From NCBI GenBank assembly GCA_041667545.1, contig JBAYES010000004.1:152-64151 (forward strand): a DNA stretch of 64,000 bases. The letters run 5' to 3'. Origin of the DNA: Candidatus Omnitrophota bacterium (GTDB lineage: Bacteria; Omnitrophota; Gorgyraeia; Tantalellales; Tantalellaceae). The translations under genes and the position numbers were made by a program. The notes under the pieces are model-generated. The model made no database searches. It had not been told where the DNA came from and saw only the letters and a program-made list of their open reading frames with translations. Numbering within the stretch: the stretch's first letter is position 1; each line of letters opens with the position of its first letter. Positions 35,679 through 45,855 of this stretch are shown here, one piece after another.

Positions 35679-36776
35679 ATGGAAAAGTTTCTTGTAAAAC
35701 TTGAAGAAAAAAAGGTTGAATTAAAAAGACTCGAGGAAGAGCTCTCTTCCTCTGAAGTTATTTCCGACCGGAACCTGTACAGGATTAAAACTAAAGAATA
35801 TTCATCGTTAAAAGAGATAGTGGATGCCTACGACGAATACAGAAAACTTGGATCAGAGAAACTTTCGCTTGAAAAACTTATTGCCGAGGAAAAAATAAGA
35901 TCCGAATACACCGTGCTTGCCGAAATGGAACTTGAGGAGATCAATAAGGTGATGGCGGAAAAAATAAGGGAAATAGAAGATATGGTTCTTTCCGAGGATC
36001 TGTCGGTAGACAAAAAGAACGTAATAATGGAAATAAGGGCGGGCACCGGGGGCAAGGAAGCCGGGCTTTTTGCCCAGGATCTTTTCAAAATGTACTCACG
36101 GTACGCGGACGAAAAGGGTTGGAAAATAACGGTGATGAGCAGGAATGATTCAGAGCTTGGCGGGCTTAAAGAGGTGATATTTTCCATTGAGGGAAGCAAT
36201 GTTTTTAAAAAAATGAAGTTTGAAATGGGTACTCACCGTGTTCAGAGAGTACCGGAAACCGAGGCTTCGGGAAGGATACATACTTCCGCCGCGACCGTGG
36301 CTGTTTTGCCGGAACCTGACGATGTCGAAGTCGATATAAAGCCTCAGGACCTTAAGATAGACTACTACAGGGCTGCCGGAGCCGGGGGACAGCATGTAAA
36401 CACCACTGACTCGGCGGTAAGGATAACACATCTTCCGACAGCGGTTATAGTAAGCTGTCAGGATGAGAGAAGCCAGCATAAGAACAAGGCCAAGGCCATG
36501 AGGGTGCTTAAAGCCAGGATACTGGAAATACTGGAACGGCGGCAGAGAGAAGACAGGTCCCAGGAGAGAAAGAAACAGGTTGGAACGGGCGACAGGTCCG
36601 AGAAAATAAGAACATACAATTTTCCCGAAAACAGGATAACTGATCATCGGGTAAACCTTACCATCTACAATTTGTCGAATATAATGGACGGAGACCTGGA
36701 TGGTCTTTTCGATGGTTTGCTGGAAGCGGATCGCAGATTAAAACTTGAAAGCGCCGATACGGGAATAAAAAAATGA
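35679..36776 (+). CDS. prfA: Peptide chain release factor 1
   Basis: PxT tripeptide motif in ITHLPTAVIVSCQDERSQ and the GGQ motif in AAGAGGQHVNTTDSAVRITH. A terminator hairpin at about 35605-35650 argues for the 35679 start over 35640. Confidence 0.95.
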   Translation: MEKFLVKLEEKKVELKRLEEELSSSEVISDRNLYRIKTKEYSSLKEIVDAYDEYRKLGSEKLSLEKLIAEEKIRSEYTVLAEMELEEINKVMAEKIREIEDMVLSEDLSVDKKNVIMEIRAGTGGKEAGLFAQDLFKMYSRYADEKGWKITVMSRNDSELGGLKEVIFSIEGSNVFKKMKFEMGTHRVQRVPETEASGRIHTSAATVAVLPEPDDVEVDIKPQDLKIDYYRAAGAGGQHVNTTDSAVRITHLPTAVIVSCQDERSQHKNKAKAMRVLKARILEILERRQREDRSQERKKQVGTGDRSEKIRTYNFPENRITDHRVNLTIYNLSNIMDGDLDGLFDGLLEADRRLKLESADTGIKK

Positions 36777-37471
36777 CAGAACGAACAATTGAAAGAGAAT
36801 ATTCCGAGGCCATTCCTCCACAGTACCTGGATGGTTTTGCCGTGTTTATGGGCAGGAGGATAAAGGTTGATCCGAGGGTGCTGATCCCAAGGCCCGAGAC
36901 AGAGATACTGGTGAGGACGGCGAAAGATGAGATCGAGCTTTCAGGAAAAAAAAAGAGCCGCATACTCGATATGTGTACGGGAAGCGGCGCTGTAGCGATA
37001 GCGCTTGCTGAAATCTTGCCAGATGTGAAAATAACCGCGGCGGACATATCCCGCGAGGCGCTTGAAGTGGCCGAAGATAATCTCAGGCATTTCGGGTTTG
37101 CCGGCAGAATAGAGCTTGCGGTATCGGACCTGTTTTCTGCTTTTGGCAATGACTCAGAAAATCTATTTGACGCGATAGTTTCCAACCCGCCGTATGTTTC
37201 AGACAGGGACTTCAAGCTTCTTGATCCCTGGGTCAAAGCCGAACCCGCGATAGCCTTATTCGCGGGTGAGAAGGGGATGGACTATCTCAGCCGGATATGC
37301 GAGGAAAGCCCGAAATTCCTGAAAGACGGCGGTTTTTTAGCGGTAGAAATAGGTTACGACCAGTATCCGGCGGTAACACAGAAAATGGCCGAATGCGGAT
37401 TTTCGGAAATAAAGAGCTTTAAGGATGAGAACGGATACGACAGGGTAATAATGGGGCAAAAAAATGTATAA
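36773..37471 (+). CDS. prmC: Release factor glutamine methyltransferase PrmC (HemK)
   Basis: NPPY motif (IVSNPPYV) and SAM-binding DMCTGSGAVAI. It overlaps the prfA stop by 4 nt. Confidence 0.85.
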   Translation: MTERTIEREYSEAIPPQYLDGFAVFMGRRIKVDPRVLIPRPETEILVRTAKDEIELSGKKKSRILDMCTGSGAVAIALAEILPDVKITAADISREALEVAEDNLRHFGFAGRIELAVSDLFSAFGNDSENLFDAIVSNPPYVSDRDFKLLDPWVKAEPAIALFAGEKGMDYLSRICEESPKFLKDGGFLAVEIGYDQYPAVTQKMAECGFSEIKSFKDENGYDRVIMGQKNV

Positions 37472-38732
37472 ACTGGTTATAGAAGGCGGGAAAAAACTTT
37501 CGGGTACTGTAAAAATAAGCGGAGCGAAAAATGCCTGCCTGCCCATACTCGCGGCCACATTGCTTACCGATGAAAAATGCCGGATAAATAATATCCCCGA
37601 TCTCAAAGATGTATCTACAATGCTTAAGATCCTCGAGGAGATGGGCAGGAAAATAGAAAGAACCACCACCGGCGGGGTGGAACTTTCCGGCGGGAAAGCG
37701 ACAAATGTGACAGCGGAATATGAGCTTGTCAGAACGATGAGAGCGTCTATAGCGGTTCTGGGCCCGCTTATTGCCAGGTACGGTGAAGCCAAAGTGTCTT
37801 TCCCCGGGGGATGCGTTATTGGACCGAGGCCTGTAGACCTTCATTTAAAGGGGTTGAGGGCCTTAGGAGCGAATATAACTGTAGAAGAAGGTTATATTGT
37901 GGCGCGGGCGAAAAAGCTTAAGGGTACGCGTGTATATCTCGGGGGACATTTTGGGTCAAGCGTTCTTGCTACGGCCAACACCATGATGGCGGCAGTTATG
38001 GCGAAAGGCGAAACCGTAATAGAGGATGCCGCCTGCGAACCGGAGGTTACGGATCTTGCCGATTTTCTCGCGAAAATGGGCGCTGATATCAAGGGCGCAG
38101 GAACTCCGACTTTGAGAATACGAGGGGTTAGATCGCTGTCGGGAGCGGAACATTCCGTTATTTCCGACAGGATAGAGGCCGGGACATACATGATAGCCGC
38201 GGTGATAACGGGAGGAAAACTTGCTGTAACCGGGGCCGACATAGAGCACAATATCGCTCTTGTCGATAAGCTGAGGGAGATAGGGGCTTTGGTGGAAGAG
38301 TCCCCGGGAACTATTATGGTTTCACGGTCCTCACGCAAACTTAAACCTGTTGATATCACAACGTTCACATACCCGGGTTTTCCCACGGATCTTCAGGCAC
38401 AGATGATGAGTCTGGTCTCTCTTTCCGCGGGAATAAGTGTTATAACCGAAAAGGTTTATCCGGAAAGATTTATACATATAAGCGAACTTAACAGGATGGG
38501 CGCGAATATTATTTTGGAGGGGGCTACCGCGATAATAAAAGGTGTTCCCCGGCTTAGCGGAGCGCCTGTAATGGCCTCCGATCTCAGGGCTTCGGCCGCG
38601 CTGGTACTGGCGGCGCTTGTAGCGGAAGGGAAAACGGATATATCAAGAATATACCACCTCGATCGCGGATACGAGCGCATTGAGGAAAAATTTTCGGCTG
38701 TAGGCGCAGTTATTAAAAGAGAAAGCGAATAA
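37464..38732 (+). CDS. murA: UDP-N-acetylglucosamine 1-carboxyvinyltransferase
   Basis: 422 aa EPT-family protein (KLVIEGGKKLSGTVKISGAKNACLPILAATLL…). Confidence 0.95.
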   Translation: MYKLVIEGGKKLSGTVKISGAKNACLPILAATLLTDEKCRINNIPDLKDVSTMLKILEEMGRKIERTTTGGVELSGGKATNVTAEYELVRTMRASIAVLGPLIARYGEAKVSFPGGCVIGPRPVDLHLKGLRALGANITVEEGYIVARAKKLKGTRVYLGGHFGSSVLATANTMMAAVMAKGETVIEDAACEPEVTDLADFLAKMGADIKGAGTPTLRIRGVRSLSGAEHSVISDRIEAGTYMIAAVITGGKLAVTGADIEHNIALVDKLREIGALVEESPGTIMVSRSSRKLKPVDITTFTYPGFPTDLQAQMMSLVSLSAGISVITEKVYPERFIHISELNRMGANIILEGATAIIKGVPRLSGAPVMASDLRASAALVLAALVAEGKTDISRIYHLDRGYERIEEKFSAVGAVIKRESE

Positions 38733-38772
38733 CAACCGTGATCAAAGATAGACCAAACAAGGAGAAGTGGCA

Positions 38773-39012
38773 ATGTCAGTAGTTCTTAGATTGAAGAGAA
38801 TGGGTACAAAAAAGAAACCCTTTTACAGGATCGTGGCCATGACCAAGACCGAAAAAAGGGACGGAAGGGCCATAGAGGAACTCGGCCACTACGATCCCAA
38901 AAAGGGAAAAGATTCCGTCGAGCTCGACAGGGTGAGAGTTGACTATTGGTTAAAGAACGGGGCTTCGCCTTCAGCGACCGTAAAAAGCATAATAAAAAGG
39001 GTCAACGGATAG
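38773..39012 (+). CDS. rpsP: 30S ribosomal protein S16
   Basis: MSVVLRLKRMGTKKKPFYRIVAMTKTEKRDGRAIEELGHYDP is a canonical S16. Confidence 0.9.
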   Translation: MSVVLRLKRMGTKKKPFYRIVAMTKTEKRDGRAIEELGHYDPKKGKDSVELDRVRVDYWLKNGASPSATVKSIIKRVNG

Positions 39013-39078
39013 TTCTTTGTTATAAGGTGGACTGGTTCTATTATTCTCTCTGAAACATAAGGCCCGGACAGTGAAACT

Positions 39079-39789
39079 ATGGTTATAGACATACTTACGC
39101 TTTTTCCCGGTATGTTTTGCGGGGTTTTTGATGAGTCCATGCTTAAGATAGCCCGCGATAAGGAAATAGTAAAGATCAATACACGTGATATACGGGACTG
39201 GACCTTTGACAGGCATAGGACAGCTGACGATAAACCCTATGGCGGCGGCCCTGGAATGGTAATGAAGATCGAACCGCTTGACCGGGCGGTCGCGGAAATT
39301 AAAATGGAAGCGGACAAAAACGGAAGATCTCCGGTAGTGGCTTTGCTTACACCGCAGGGCAAAAAGTTCGATCAGTCCATGGCTAAGGAGCTTTGCCGGG
39401 AAGATCACATTATAATGGTTTGCGGTCATTACGAGGGTTTCGACGAAAGGATAAGAACTCTTGCTGATATCGAGATATCAATAGGGGATTACATCTTGAC
39501 CTGTGGGGAGATACCCGCTATGGCTGTGTGCGATGCTGTTGTGAGGCTTATACCGGGCGTCCTGGGAGACGAAGAGTGCCTCAGGGACGAGTCATTCGAG
39601 GCGGGTCTTCTTGAATATCCGCAGTATACGAGGCCTTTTGATTATAAAGGGTCAAAAGTCCCGGAGGTGCTTCTTTCGGGAGACCCTAAAAAGATAGCTA
39701 AATGGCGTGAAGAAAAAGCTCTGGAACGCACAACTTTGCGGCGTCCGGATCTTTTAGGGGAACAGGAACAGTTTGGAAAACAAAAATAA
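39079..39789 (+). CDS. trmD: tRNA (guanine37-N1)-methyltransferase
   Basis: [11 protein letters not shown]… N-terminus and the SPOUT knot region. Confidence 0.95.
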   Translation: MVIDILTLFPGMFCGVFDESMLKIARDKEIVKINTRDIRDWTFDRHRTADDKPYGGGPGMVMKIEPLDRAVAEIKMEADKNGRSPVVALLTPQGKKFDQSMAKELCREDHIIMVCGHYEGFDERIRTLADIEISIGDYILTCGEIPAMAVCDAVVRLIPGVLGDEECLRDESFEAGLLEYPQYTRPFDYKGSKVPEVLLSGDPKKIAKWREEKALERTTLRRPDLLGEQEQFGKQK

Positions 39790-39803
39790 AAGAGGAGAGG
39801 TAT

Positions 39804-40163
39804 ATGAACAAGGTCACGGCGGTCGAAAAAAAACACATTAAAACAGAAGCGCCCAAATTTGATATAGGCGATACTGTTGATGTGCATTTCCAGATCAAAG
39901 AAGAGAACAAAATGAGGGTACAGCTTTTCAGCGGGATCGTTATCGGGAAAAAAGGTAAAGGGCTTGGAAAGACCTTTACCGTAAGAAGGATATCTTACGG
40001 AGAAGGCGTGGAAAGAGTGTTTCCTTTGTATTCACCGCGTATTGAGAAAGTAACGATCAAAAAAAGAGGTAAGGTACGCAGAGCTAAACTCTATTATCTT
40101 AGAGAAAAGACCGGGAAAAAAGCTACCAAGGTAAAGGAAAAAATTGTCCAGAAAAAAGTCTGA
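39804..40163 (+). CDS. rplS: 50S ribosomal protein L19
   Basis: [29 protein letters not shown]…[20 protein letters not shown]. Confidence 0.95.
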   Translation: MNKVTAVEKKHIKTEAPKFDIGDTVDVHFQIKEENKMRVQLFSGIVIGKKGKGLGKTFTVRRISYGEGVERVFPLYSPRIEKVTIKKRGKVRRAKLYYLREKTGKKATKVKEKIVQKKV

Positions 40164-40782
40164 CCTGAACGGGACGGATAGATTTCTTTACGAAAAAAAG
40201 GCCATGGAACGAGGCGCCTCAAGAGTCGCGGGGGTGGATGAGGCCGGCAGGGGGCCTTTGGCAGGTCCAGTGGTAGCGGCTGCCGTAGTGATTATCGATC
40301 CATCGTTTACGGAAAGGATTGATGATTCAAAAAAACTGACGGCCAAAATGAGAGAAAAGGCCTGCATAGACATCCTTAACCGCTGTGATGTCGGGGTGGG
40401 AGTGGTAGGGCCTGAAAAAATAGACGAGATAAACATCTTCCGAGCTACTCTTTTGGCGATGAAGATGGCTCTAAGCGAGCTGGATATCCGTCCGGATCAT
40501 CTTCTCATAGACGGAAAAATGGTAATAGATAATCCCGCTCCAAGGACATATCTGATAAGGGGTGAGGAAAAAAGTATATCTATCGCGGCCGCGTCTGTAG
40601 TGGCCAAGGTGACCCGGGACAGGATTATGATAGAGGAAGACAAGAAATTTCCTGTTTACGGGTTTGTGAAACACAAAGGGTACGGAACAAAAATGCATAT
40701 GGAGGCCATAAGGAAGAACGGTTTATCTCCAATGCACAGAAAAACTTTCGGTCCGTTCGGCAGCCGAAGAGAGCTTAAGTAG
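40144..40782 (+). CDS. rnhB: Ribonuclease HII
   Basis: [22 protein letters not shown] active-site motif; 212 aa. Confidence 0.9.
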   Translation: MSRKKSDLNGTDRFLYEKKAMERGASRVAGVDEAGRGPLAGPVVAAAVVIIDPSFTERIDDSKKLTAKMREKACIDILNRCDVGVGVVGPEKIDEINIFRATLLAMKMALSELDIRPDHLLIDGKMVIDNPAPRTYLIRGEEKSISIAAASVVAKVTRDRIMIEEDKKFPVYGFVKHKGYGTKMHMEAIRKNGLSPMHRKTFGPFGSRRELK

Positions 40783-40809
40783 GGAACAAGTGAGAGAGTT
40801 CCGCGTGGA

Positions 40810-40975
40810 ATTATGCAAAATAGACTTTTATTTCGTCATTGCGAGGAACGAACATTTCGTCATTGCGAGGAACGAACGAAGTGAGTGACGAAGCAACCTA
40901 AACATACATAATGATTCATGAGATTGCTTCGGTCGCTTTGCTCCCTCGCAATGACGTAAAATAGGTATTTTCAAA
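40810..40975 (+). mobile_element. MITE-like element, family C, copy 2 (with an internal 20-bp duplication)
   Basis: TTATGCAAAATAGACTTTTATTTCGTCATTGCGAGGAACGAACATTTCGTCATTGCGAGGAACGAACGAAGTGAGTGACGAAG…CTTCGGTCGCTTTGCTCCCTCGCAATGACGTAAAATAGG, lying between rnhB and fhs. Confidence 0.65.
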
Positions 40976-41007
40976 ATTCTATAGTCCCGCAAAACAAGGA
41001 GAATGCA

Positions 41008-42711
41008 ATGGCATACAGTCACGACTTAAGAGTGGCGTCATCGGTAAAACTGGCTGATATAGGCGATATTGCCGGAAAATTCGGTATAGCCGGAAAGTAC
41101 ATAAAAAAATACGGTAATCACGTAGCCAAGATATACTCGGAAGAGCTTTTGCAGAAACTGAAAAAAAGAAAATCCGGTAAACATGTGCTCGTGACCTCTA
41201 TCACACCCACACAGTTCGGAGAAGGAAAGACTGTTATCACCATAGGCCTTTCCATGGCTCTTAACAAGCTCAAGAAGAAGTCCATAGCGTGTATACGGCA
41301 GTCTTCCCTCGGGCCGACTTTCGGCATGAAGGGTAGCGGCACCGGAGGCGGACTTTGTCAGGTGCTTCCGCAGGAAGAGCTTGCGCTCTACCTTACGGGG
41401 GATACATACGCCGTCTCTATGGCCCAGAATCTTTGCGCCGCTATGCTGGATAATTGTCTTTTTTGGGAAGAAAAGGGTATTCCGGACAAGGACGGAATTA
41501 CATGGAAAAGAGTTTCCGATATCAGCGACAGGGTGCTGAGAAATATGTCCATTGGAGGCGGTGGAAAACTTCATGGGGTAAGCCGTAAGACTGGAATTGA
41601 TATAACTCCCGCAGGAGAATGCATGGCGATACTTTCTCTTTCAGAGAACCTGAAAGACCTGAGGGGCCGTCTTGGCGACATTGTTGTAGGATTTGATCCT
41701 CATGGAAAGCCGGTTACCGCCGAACAAATAAAAGCGGCCGGGGCAATGGCAGCTTTGCTAAAAGACGCTCTAAATCCTAACCTGCTTCAGACAATGGAAC
41801 ATACCCCGTGTTTTGTTCACACCGGGGCCTTTGCCAACACTTCGCATGGGTCAAGTTCCGTTATAGCCGATAAACTGGCTTTAAAACTTTCCGACTACAC
41901 CATAACTGAAAGCGGTTTTGGGGTGGATCTGGGGGCGGAAAAATTCATCGACATAAAATGCCGGCAGTCCGGGCTTAATCCCGACGCGGTTGTATTGAAC
42001 TGTTCGGTCAGGGCTCTAAAGGTACATAGCGGAGACTTTCAGGTAAAGGGTTCGTCATTCCCGCCCGAAATAAAAAAAGAGAACCTTTCGGCCGTGGACA
42101 GAGGATGTTCCAACCTGGAAAAACAGGTCGAGAACCTTAAGCTTTTCGGCCTTCCCATTGTGGTCAGTATTAATCGTTTCGATTCAGATACAAAAAAAGA
42201 ACTTGACGTTGTTCTTCGGAGAGTTGAAGCGCTTGAAGTGAGCGGTATGGCTATTTGCGATTCTTACAGAGAGGGAAGCGCGGGAGCAAAAGATCTTGCC
42301 GCAGAGGTAATGAGAGCATGCAATGAAAAGTCTAAGATGAGATATCTTTATCCGGTGGACATGACGCTGGAAAGCAAGATAGAAAGAGTGGCCAAGTCTA
42401 TGTACGGCGCGAGTGAAGTTAAGTATTCGGAAGAGGCTTCGGAAAGCATGGCCCGCATAGTCAATGCCGGCTTGGACAAGATGCCGGTATGCATGGCTAA
42501 GACGCATTTGTCCTTGACCAATAATCCGGAAAAGAAAGGCAGACCCAAAGGGTTCAAGCTTGTAATAGAGAATGTTATAGCTTCGCCGGGCGCCGGCTAT
42601 GTTGTGGTTGTCTGCGAAGGGGTGAATACTATGCCCGGAATGCCCAGAGTTCCGAGATCCGCGGGGGTGGATGTGGATGTGAAGACAGGGACTATAAAAG
42701 GTCTTTTCTGA
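41008..42711 (+). CDS. fhs: Formate--tetrahydrofolate ligase
   Basis: 567 aa FTHFS (TPTQFGEGKTVITIGL; …HTGAFANTSHG…). Confidence 0.95.
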   Translation: MAYSHDLRVASSVKLADIGDIAGKFGIAGKYIKKYGNHVAKIYSEELLQKLKKRKSGKHVLVTSITPTQFGEGKTVITIGLSMALNKLKKKSIACIRQSSLGPTFGMKGSGTGGGLCQVLPQEELALYLTGDTYAVSMAQNLCAAMLDNCLFWEEKGIPDKDGITWKRVSDISDRVLRNMSIGGGGKLHGVSRKTGIDITPAGECMAILSLSENLKDLRGRLGDIVVGFDPHGKPVTAEQIKAAGAMAALLKDALNPNLLQTMEHTPCFVHTGAFANTSHGSSSVIADKLALKLSDYTITESGFGVDLGAEKFIDIKCRQSGLNPDAVVLNCSVRALKVHSGDFQVKGSSFPPEIKKENLSAVDRGCSNLEKQVENLKLFGLPIVVSINRFDSDTKKELDVVLRRVEALEVSGMAICDSYREGSAGAKDLAAEVMRACNEKSKMRYLYPVDMTLESKIERVAKSMYGASEVKYSEEASESMARIVNAGLDKMPVCMAKTHLSLTNNPEKKGRPKGFKLVIENVIASPGAGYVVVVCEGVNTMPGMPRVPRSAGVDVDVKTGTIKGLF

Positions 42712-42756
42712 TATCGCTGAAAGATGGTATAAGGCAAGTGGAAAAGGGAGCTTGGC

Positions 42757-43371
42757 ATGGATTACAGTAAAGTTCAGGTATCAGAGTTTTTAAAAGAGGT
42801 AGCTTCTCGGAAGATCTCCCCGGGAGGTGGAAGCGCTTCGGCTCTTGCCGCCGCGCTGGGTTCGGCTCTTAATCTCATGGTGATAAATTTTGGCATAGCC
42901 CCTTTCCGCAGTAAAGACGAACTTGAGGAATTAGAACAAGCTAAGAAAAGACAGGAACTTGCAATGGAGCGCGCTCTTCATCTTATGAATGAAGACTGCG
43001 TTGTTTTTTCGGATCTTATGACCGCGATAAATAAAAAAAACGATACGCCCGATAAATATTCCGCCGCCGCCGAAGTTCCATTAGAGGTTTGCCGCTCGGC
43101 CCGGGAGTCTTTGGAAATAGCCGCTGGTGTTCTGGATATAGTAACGGGACATATAACCGCCGACATCGCGTGTTCAAAAAATATACTTGTTTCCTCATTC
43201 TACTCGGCTAAGGTAAATGTGAAAATGAACTTGAGCGGGATGGGCCCCGGGGAAATGTCCGAAAAATTCATTAGAGACCTCAAAGACCTTGAGAAAAGTG
43301 TGGTTGTTTTGGCGGAGGAAATAGATAAAAAACTGATAAAGTTTGGCATAGTTAAGGGAGACTCGAAATAA
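42757..43371 (+). CDS. fchA: Methenyltetrahydrofolate cyclohydrolase (FTCD cyclodeaminase-domain protein, FchA-like)
   Basis: ISPGGGSASALAAALGSALNLMV is the cyclodeaminase-domain signature; about 200 aa. Confidence 0.75.
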   Translation: MDYSKVQVSEFLKEVASRKISPGGGSASALAAALGSALNLMVINFGIAPFRSKDELEELEQAKKRQELAMERALHLMNEDCVVFSDLMTAINKKNDTPDKYSAAAEVPLEVCRSARESLEIAAGVLDIVTGHITADIACSKNILVSSFYSAKVNVKMNLSGMGPGEMSEKFIRDLKDLEKSVVVLAEEIDKKLIKFGIVKGDSK

Positions 43372-44261
43372 TGTCATGCGTGGGAAAGATCATAGACGGC
43401 CGTCGGATCGCCAGAGAGATGAGCGATTCCGTACGCGATAAGATAAAGGAGCTTTATGCCTCTTCGTCCTTAAGGCCTCGGTTAGTATCGCTTTCCGTAG
43501 GCAAGGATGAGGGCTCTGACATATACATTAACATGCAAAGCCGTCTCGCGAGTGAAGTTGGAATAGAGTACTATTTGCGGGAATTGCCCGGTACCGCGAC
43601 CCATGAAGATATACTGAATGAAATACGAAAACTGAACGCCGATAGCTCGGTTACTTCCGTCATAGTGCAGAAACCACTGCCGGAAGGGATCTGTCACGAT
43701 AGAATAGTAGCCGCACTTGACCCTGAAAAGGACGCTGAAGGGATACATCCGCTTAATCTCGGAAAGATACTCAGGATGGAAGCGCGTATAGTTCCATGTA
43801 CGCCCGGAGCGGTAATGAAAGTGCTTACTTCTGAAAAAGTGGATCTTTTCGGCAAAGAAGTGATTATTATAGGCCACTCGGCCATTGTTGGAAAACCTCT
43901 CAGTCTTATGATGCTTAACGCTCTCGCCACCACAACGGTCTGTCATATCGGAACATATGAAAGAGGCCTCATCGAAGAGCATTCCCGCCGCGCCGACATA
44001 CTTATTGTAGCGGTCGGGAAAGCCAATATGGTGAAAGGCAGCTGGGTAAAAAAAGGAGCGGTAGTTATAGATGTCGGTATAAATCGGTCCGAAGGTAAAA
44101 TAGTGGGAGACGTCGATATTTCTGAAGTTTCGGGAAAAGCGTCTCTGATAACGCCTGTTCCCGGAGGAGTGGGGCCTGTTACCGTCGCAATTCTCATGAG
44201 GAATGTATATCGTTCCTATTGCGACGCGGTCGTCTCGGCCGGGGAAAAGGAAAAGAAATAA
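43371..44261 (+). CDS. folD: Bifunctional methylene-THF dehydrogenase / methenyl-THF cyclohydrolase
   Basis: …TPGAVMKVL…IIGHSAIVGKPLSLMMLNALATTTVCH… and PVPGGVGPVT. Confidence 0.95.
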   Translation: MSCVGKIIDGRRIAREMSDSVRDKIKELYASSSLRPRLVSLSVGKDEGSDIYINMQSRLASEVGIEYYLRELPGTATHEDILNEIRKLNADSSVTSVIVQKPLPEGICHDRIVAALDPEKDAEGIHPLNLGKILRMEARIVPCTPGAVMKVLTSEKVDLFGKEVIIIGHSAIVGKPLSLMMLNALATTTVCHIGTYERGLIEEHSRRADILIVAVGKANMVKGSWVKKGAVVIDVGINRSEGKIVGDVDISEVSGKASLITPVPGGVGPVTVAILMRNVYRSYCDAVVSAGEKEKK

Positions 44262-44262
44262 A

Positions 44263-45006
44263 ATGGGCAGGATATCTTTAGAGCTGGTGCCGAGGGGAGA
44301 AGAGTCATTTTCAAAAGAGCTTGAAACGGTGAGAGACAAGTTCCCCCGTATAGACACTTTGAATATACCCGACATATTAAAATTTGAAATGCGAGTGCCC
44401 GAGTCCTGCCGGGTAGCGGAAAAATATTTTACGGATGTTATCCCGCATATCAGAGCCGTTTCTGTGGACAGAGAAGACGACTCGCCCTGCTTGGAGCTTT
44501 TCCGGACTTCCCGTATACGGGAAGTCCTGGTCATCCTCGGAGACAATCCGGAAATAGTTTCAAAAAGCAAAGACCCCTGTGATACGACAGCTCTTATACG
44601 TAAGTTCAAAAGATCAAGGCCGGAGATAAAGGTTTACGCCGGAATAGATCAGTGGCGTTCCTCTTTTATTGAAGAAAGGGAATATGTTAAGAGAAAGCTT
44701 GATGCCGGTGCCGACGGGTTTTTCACCCAGCCTTTTTTTGACATCGCTCATCTCGAAATGTGGGCCAAAGAGATGAGGGATGTAGAGGTTTTCTGGGGAC
44801 TTGCTCCTGTCGTAAGGGAGTCATCGCGGCATTACTGGGAAACCAAAAACATGGTAACGTTTCCCGAGTCTTTTGAATGTACAATGAAATGGAACCAGGA
44901 TCTCGCTAAAAAAGTGCTGGCTTTTTCCGGTGACAATAATTTTCATGTTTATTTCTGTCCTATAACTGTCGATTTCGTGGAATATCTTAAGGGGATACTG
45001 CTATAG
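44263..45006 (+). CDS. Methylenetetrahydrofolate reductase-like protein (MetF family, short)
   Basis: ISLELVPR… N-terminus and GADGFFTQPFFD, which resembles the MTHFR GADFIITQLFFD motif. The 44263 start (MGRISLE) is preferred over the track's 44203, which overlaps folD. Confidence 0.5.
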   Translation: MGRISLELVPRGEESFSKELETVRDKFPRIDTLNIPDILKFEMRVPESCRVAEKYFTDVIPHIRAVSVDREDDSPCLELFRTSRIREVLVILGDNPEIVSKSKDPCDTTALIRKFKRSRPEIKVYAGIDQWRSSFIEEREYVKRKLDAGADGFFTQPFFDIAHLEMWAKEMRDVEVFWGLAPVVRESSRHYWETKNMVTFPESFECTMKWNQDLAKKVLAFSGDNNFHVYFCPITVDFVEYLKGILL

Positions 45007-45023
45007 TCCCGAGGGGAGACGGT

Positions 45024-45824
45024 ATGAAAAAAACTACCATTCTGGACTTCGCTAAAAAGAAGGCATCCGGCGACAAGATAACCATGCTTACCGCGTATGA
45101 TCATCCCATGGCCAGAATAATAGACTCTGCCGGAATAGACGCAATACTCGTAGGAGATTCGGTCGGTATGGTTGTTTTGGGGTATGACTCGACGGTGAAA
45201 GTCACCATGAGAGAGATGATCCATCATGCGAAAGCCGTAACGCGCGGTGTGGAAAGAGCTTTTGTAATAGCTGATATGCCTTTTATGTCATATCAGCCGA
45301 GTGACGAGACCGCGGTGAGGAATGCCGGACGATTCCTGAAAGAAGCGGCTTGCGATGCCGTCAAAATAGAGCTTGGAGGTGAAATGGCCCAAAGGGCCGG
45401 GGCTATATCGTCTGCCGGTATACCGGTAGTAGGTCACATAGGCCTGACACCTCAGAGTTCATCCAAGATCGGAGGGTACAGGGTGCAGGGAAGGGAAGCT
45501 GAAGATGCCCGTAAAATAATGTCCGATGCCGTGCTTCTGGAAGAAGCCGGATGTTTCGCTCTTATACTCGAATGTATCCCTTCCTCGCTTGCCCGGGAAG
45601 TAACCGCTAAGATAGGTATACCCACAATAGGAATCGGGGCGGGTCCATATTGTGACGGACAGGTTCTTGTAACTTATGATATCATCGGCTATTTTGACAA
45701 GTTCCTCCCAAAATTCGCTAAACGTTACGCTAATGTGGGAAATATCATAAAAGAGGCTGTGGGCAATTTCAAAAAAGACATTAAAACAGGGGTTTTCCCC
45801 GATAAAGATCACTCTTTTTCCTAA
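45024..45824 (+). CDS. panB: 3-methyl-2-oxobutanoate hydroxymethyltransferase
   Basis: KITMLTAYDHPMARIIDSAGIDAILVGDSVGMVVLGYDST… is a canonical PanB. Confidence 0.95.
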   Translation: MKKTTILDFAKKKASGDKITMLTAYDHPMARIIDSAGIDAILVGDSVGMVVLGYDSTVKVTMREMIHHAKAVTRGVERAFVIADMPFMSYQPSDETAVRNAGRFLKEAACDAVKIELGGEMAQRAGAISSAGIPVVGHIGLTPQSSSKIGGYRVQGREAEDARKIMSDAVLLEEAGCFALILECIPSSLAREVTAKIGIPTIGIGAGPYCDGQVLVTYDIIGYFDKFLPKFAKRYANVGNIIKEAVGNFKKDIKTGVFPDKDHSFS

Positions 45825-45855
45825 AACCATGGGATGAAGGAGAGAATAGGAATTA

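Noticed and set aside
35354-35704. 116-aa and 79-aa plus-strand ORFs overlapping rpmE in other frames
   Set aside because: They overlap the well-supported L31 gene and the terminator before prfA, and have no motifs.
43482-44609. 375-aa minus-strand ORF
   Set aside because: Antisense to the folD and MetF-like genes. It has junk composition and overlaps two well-supported plus-strand genes for its full length.
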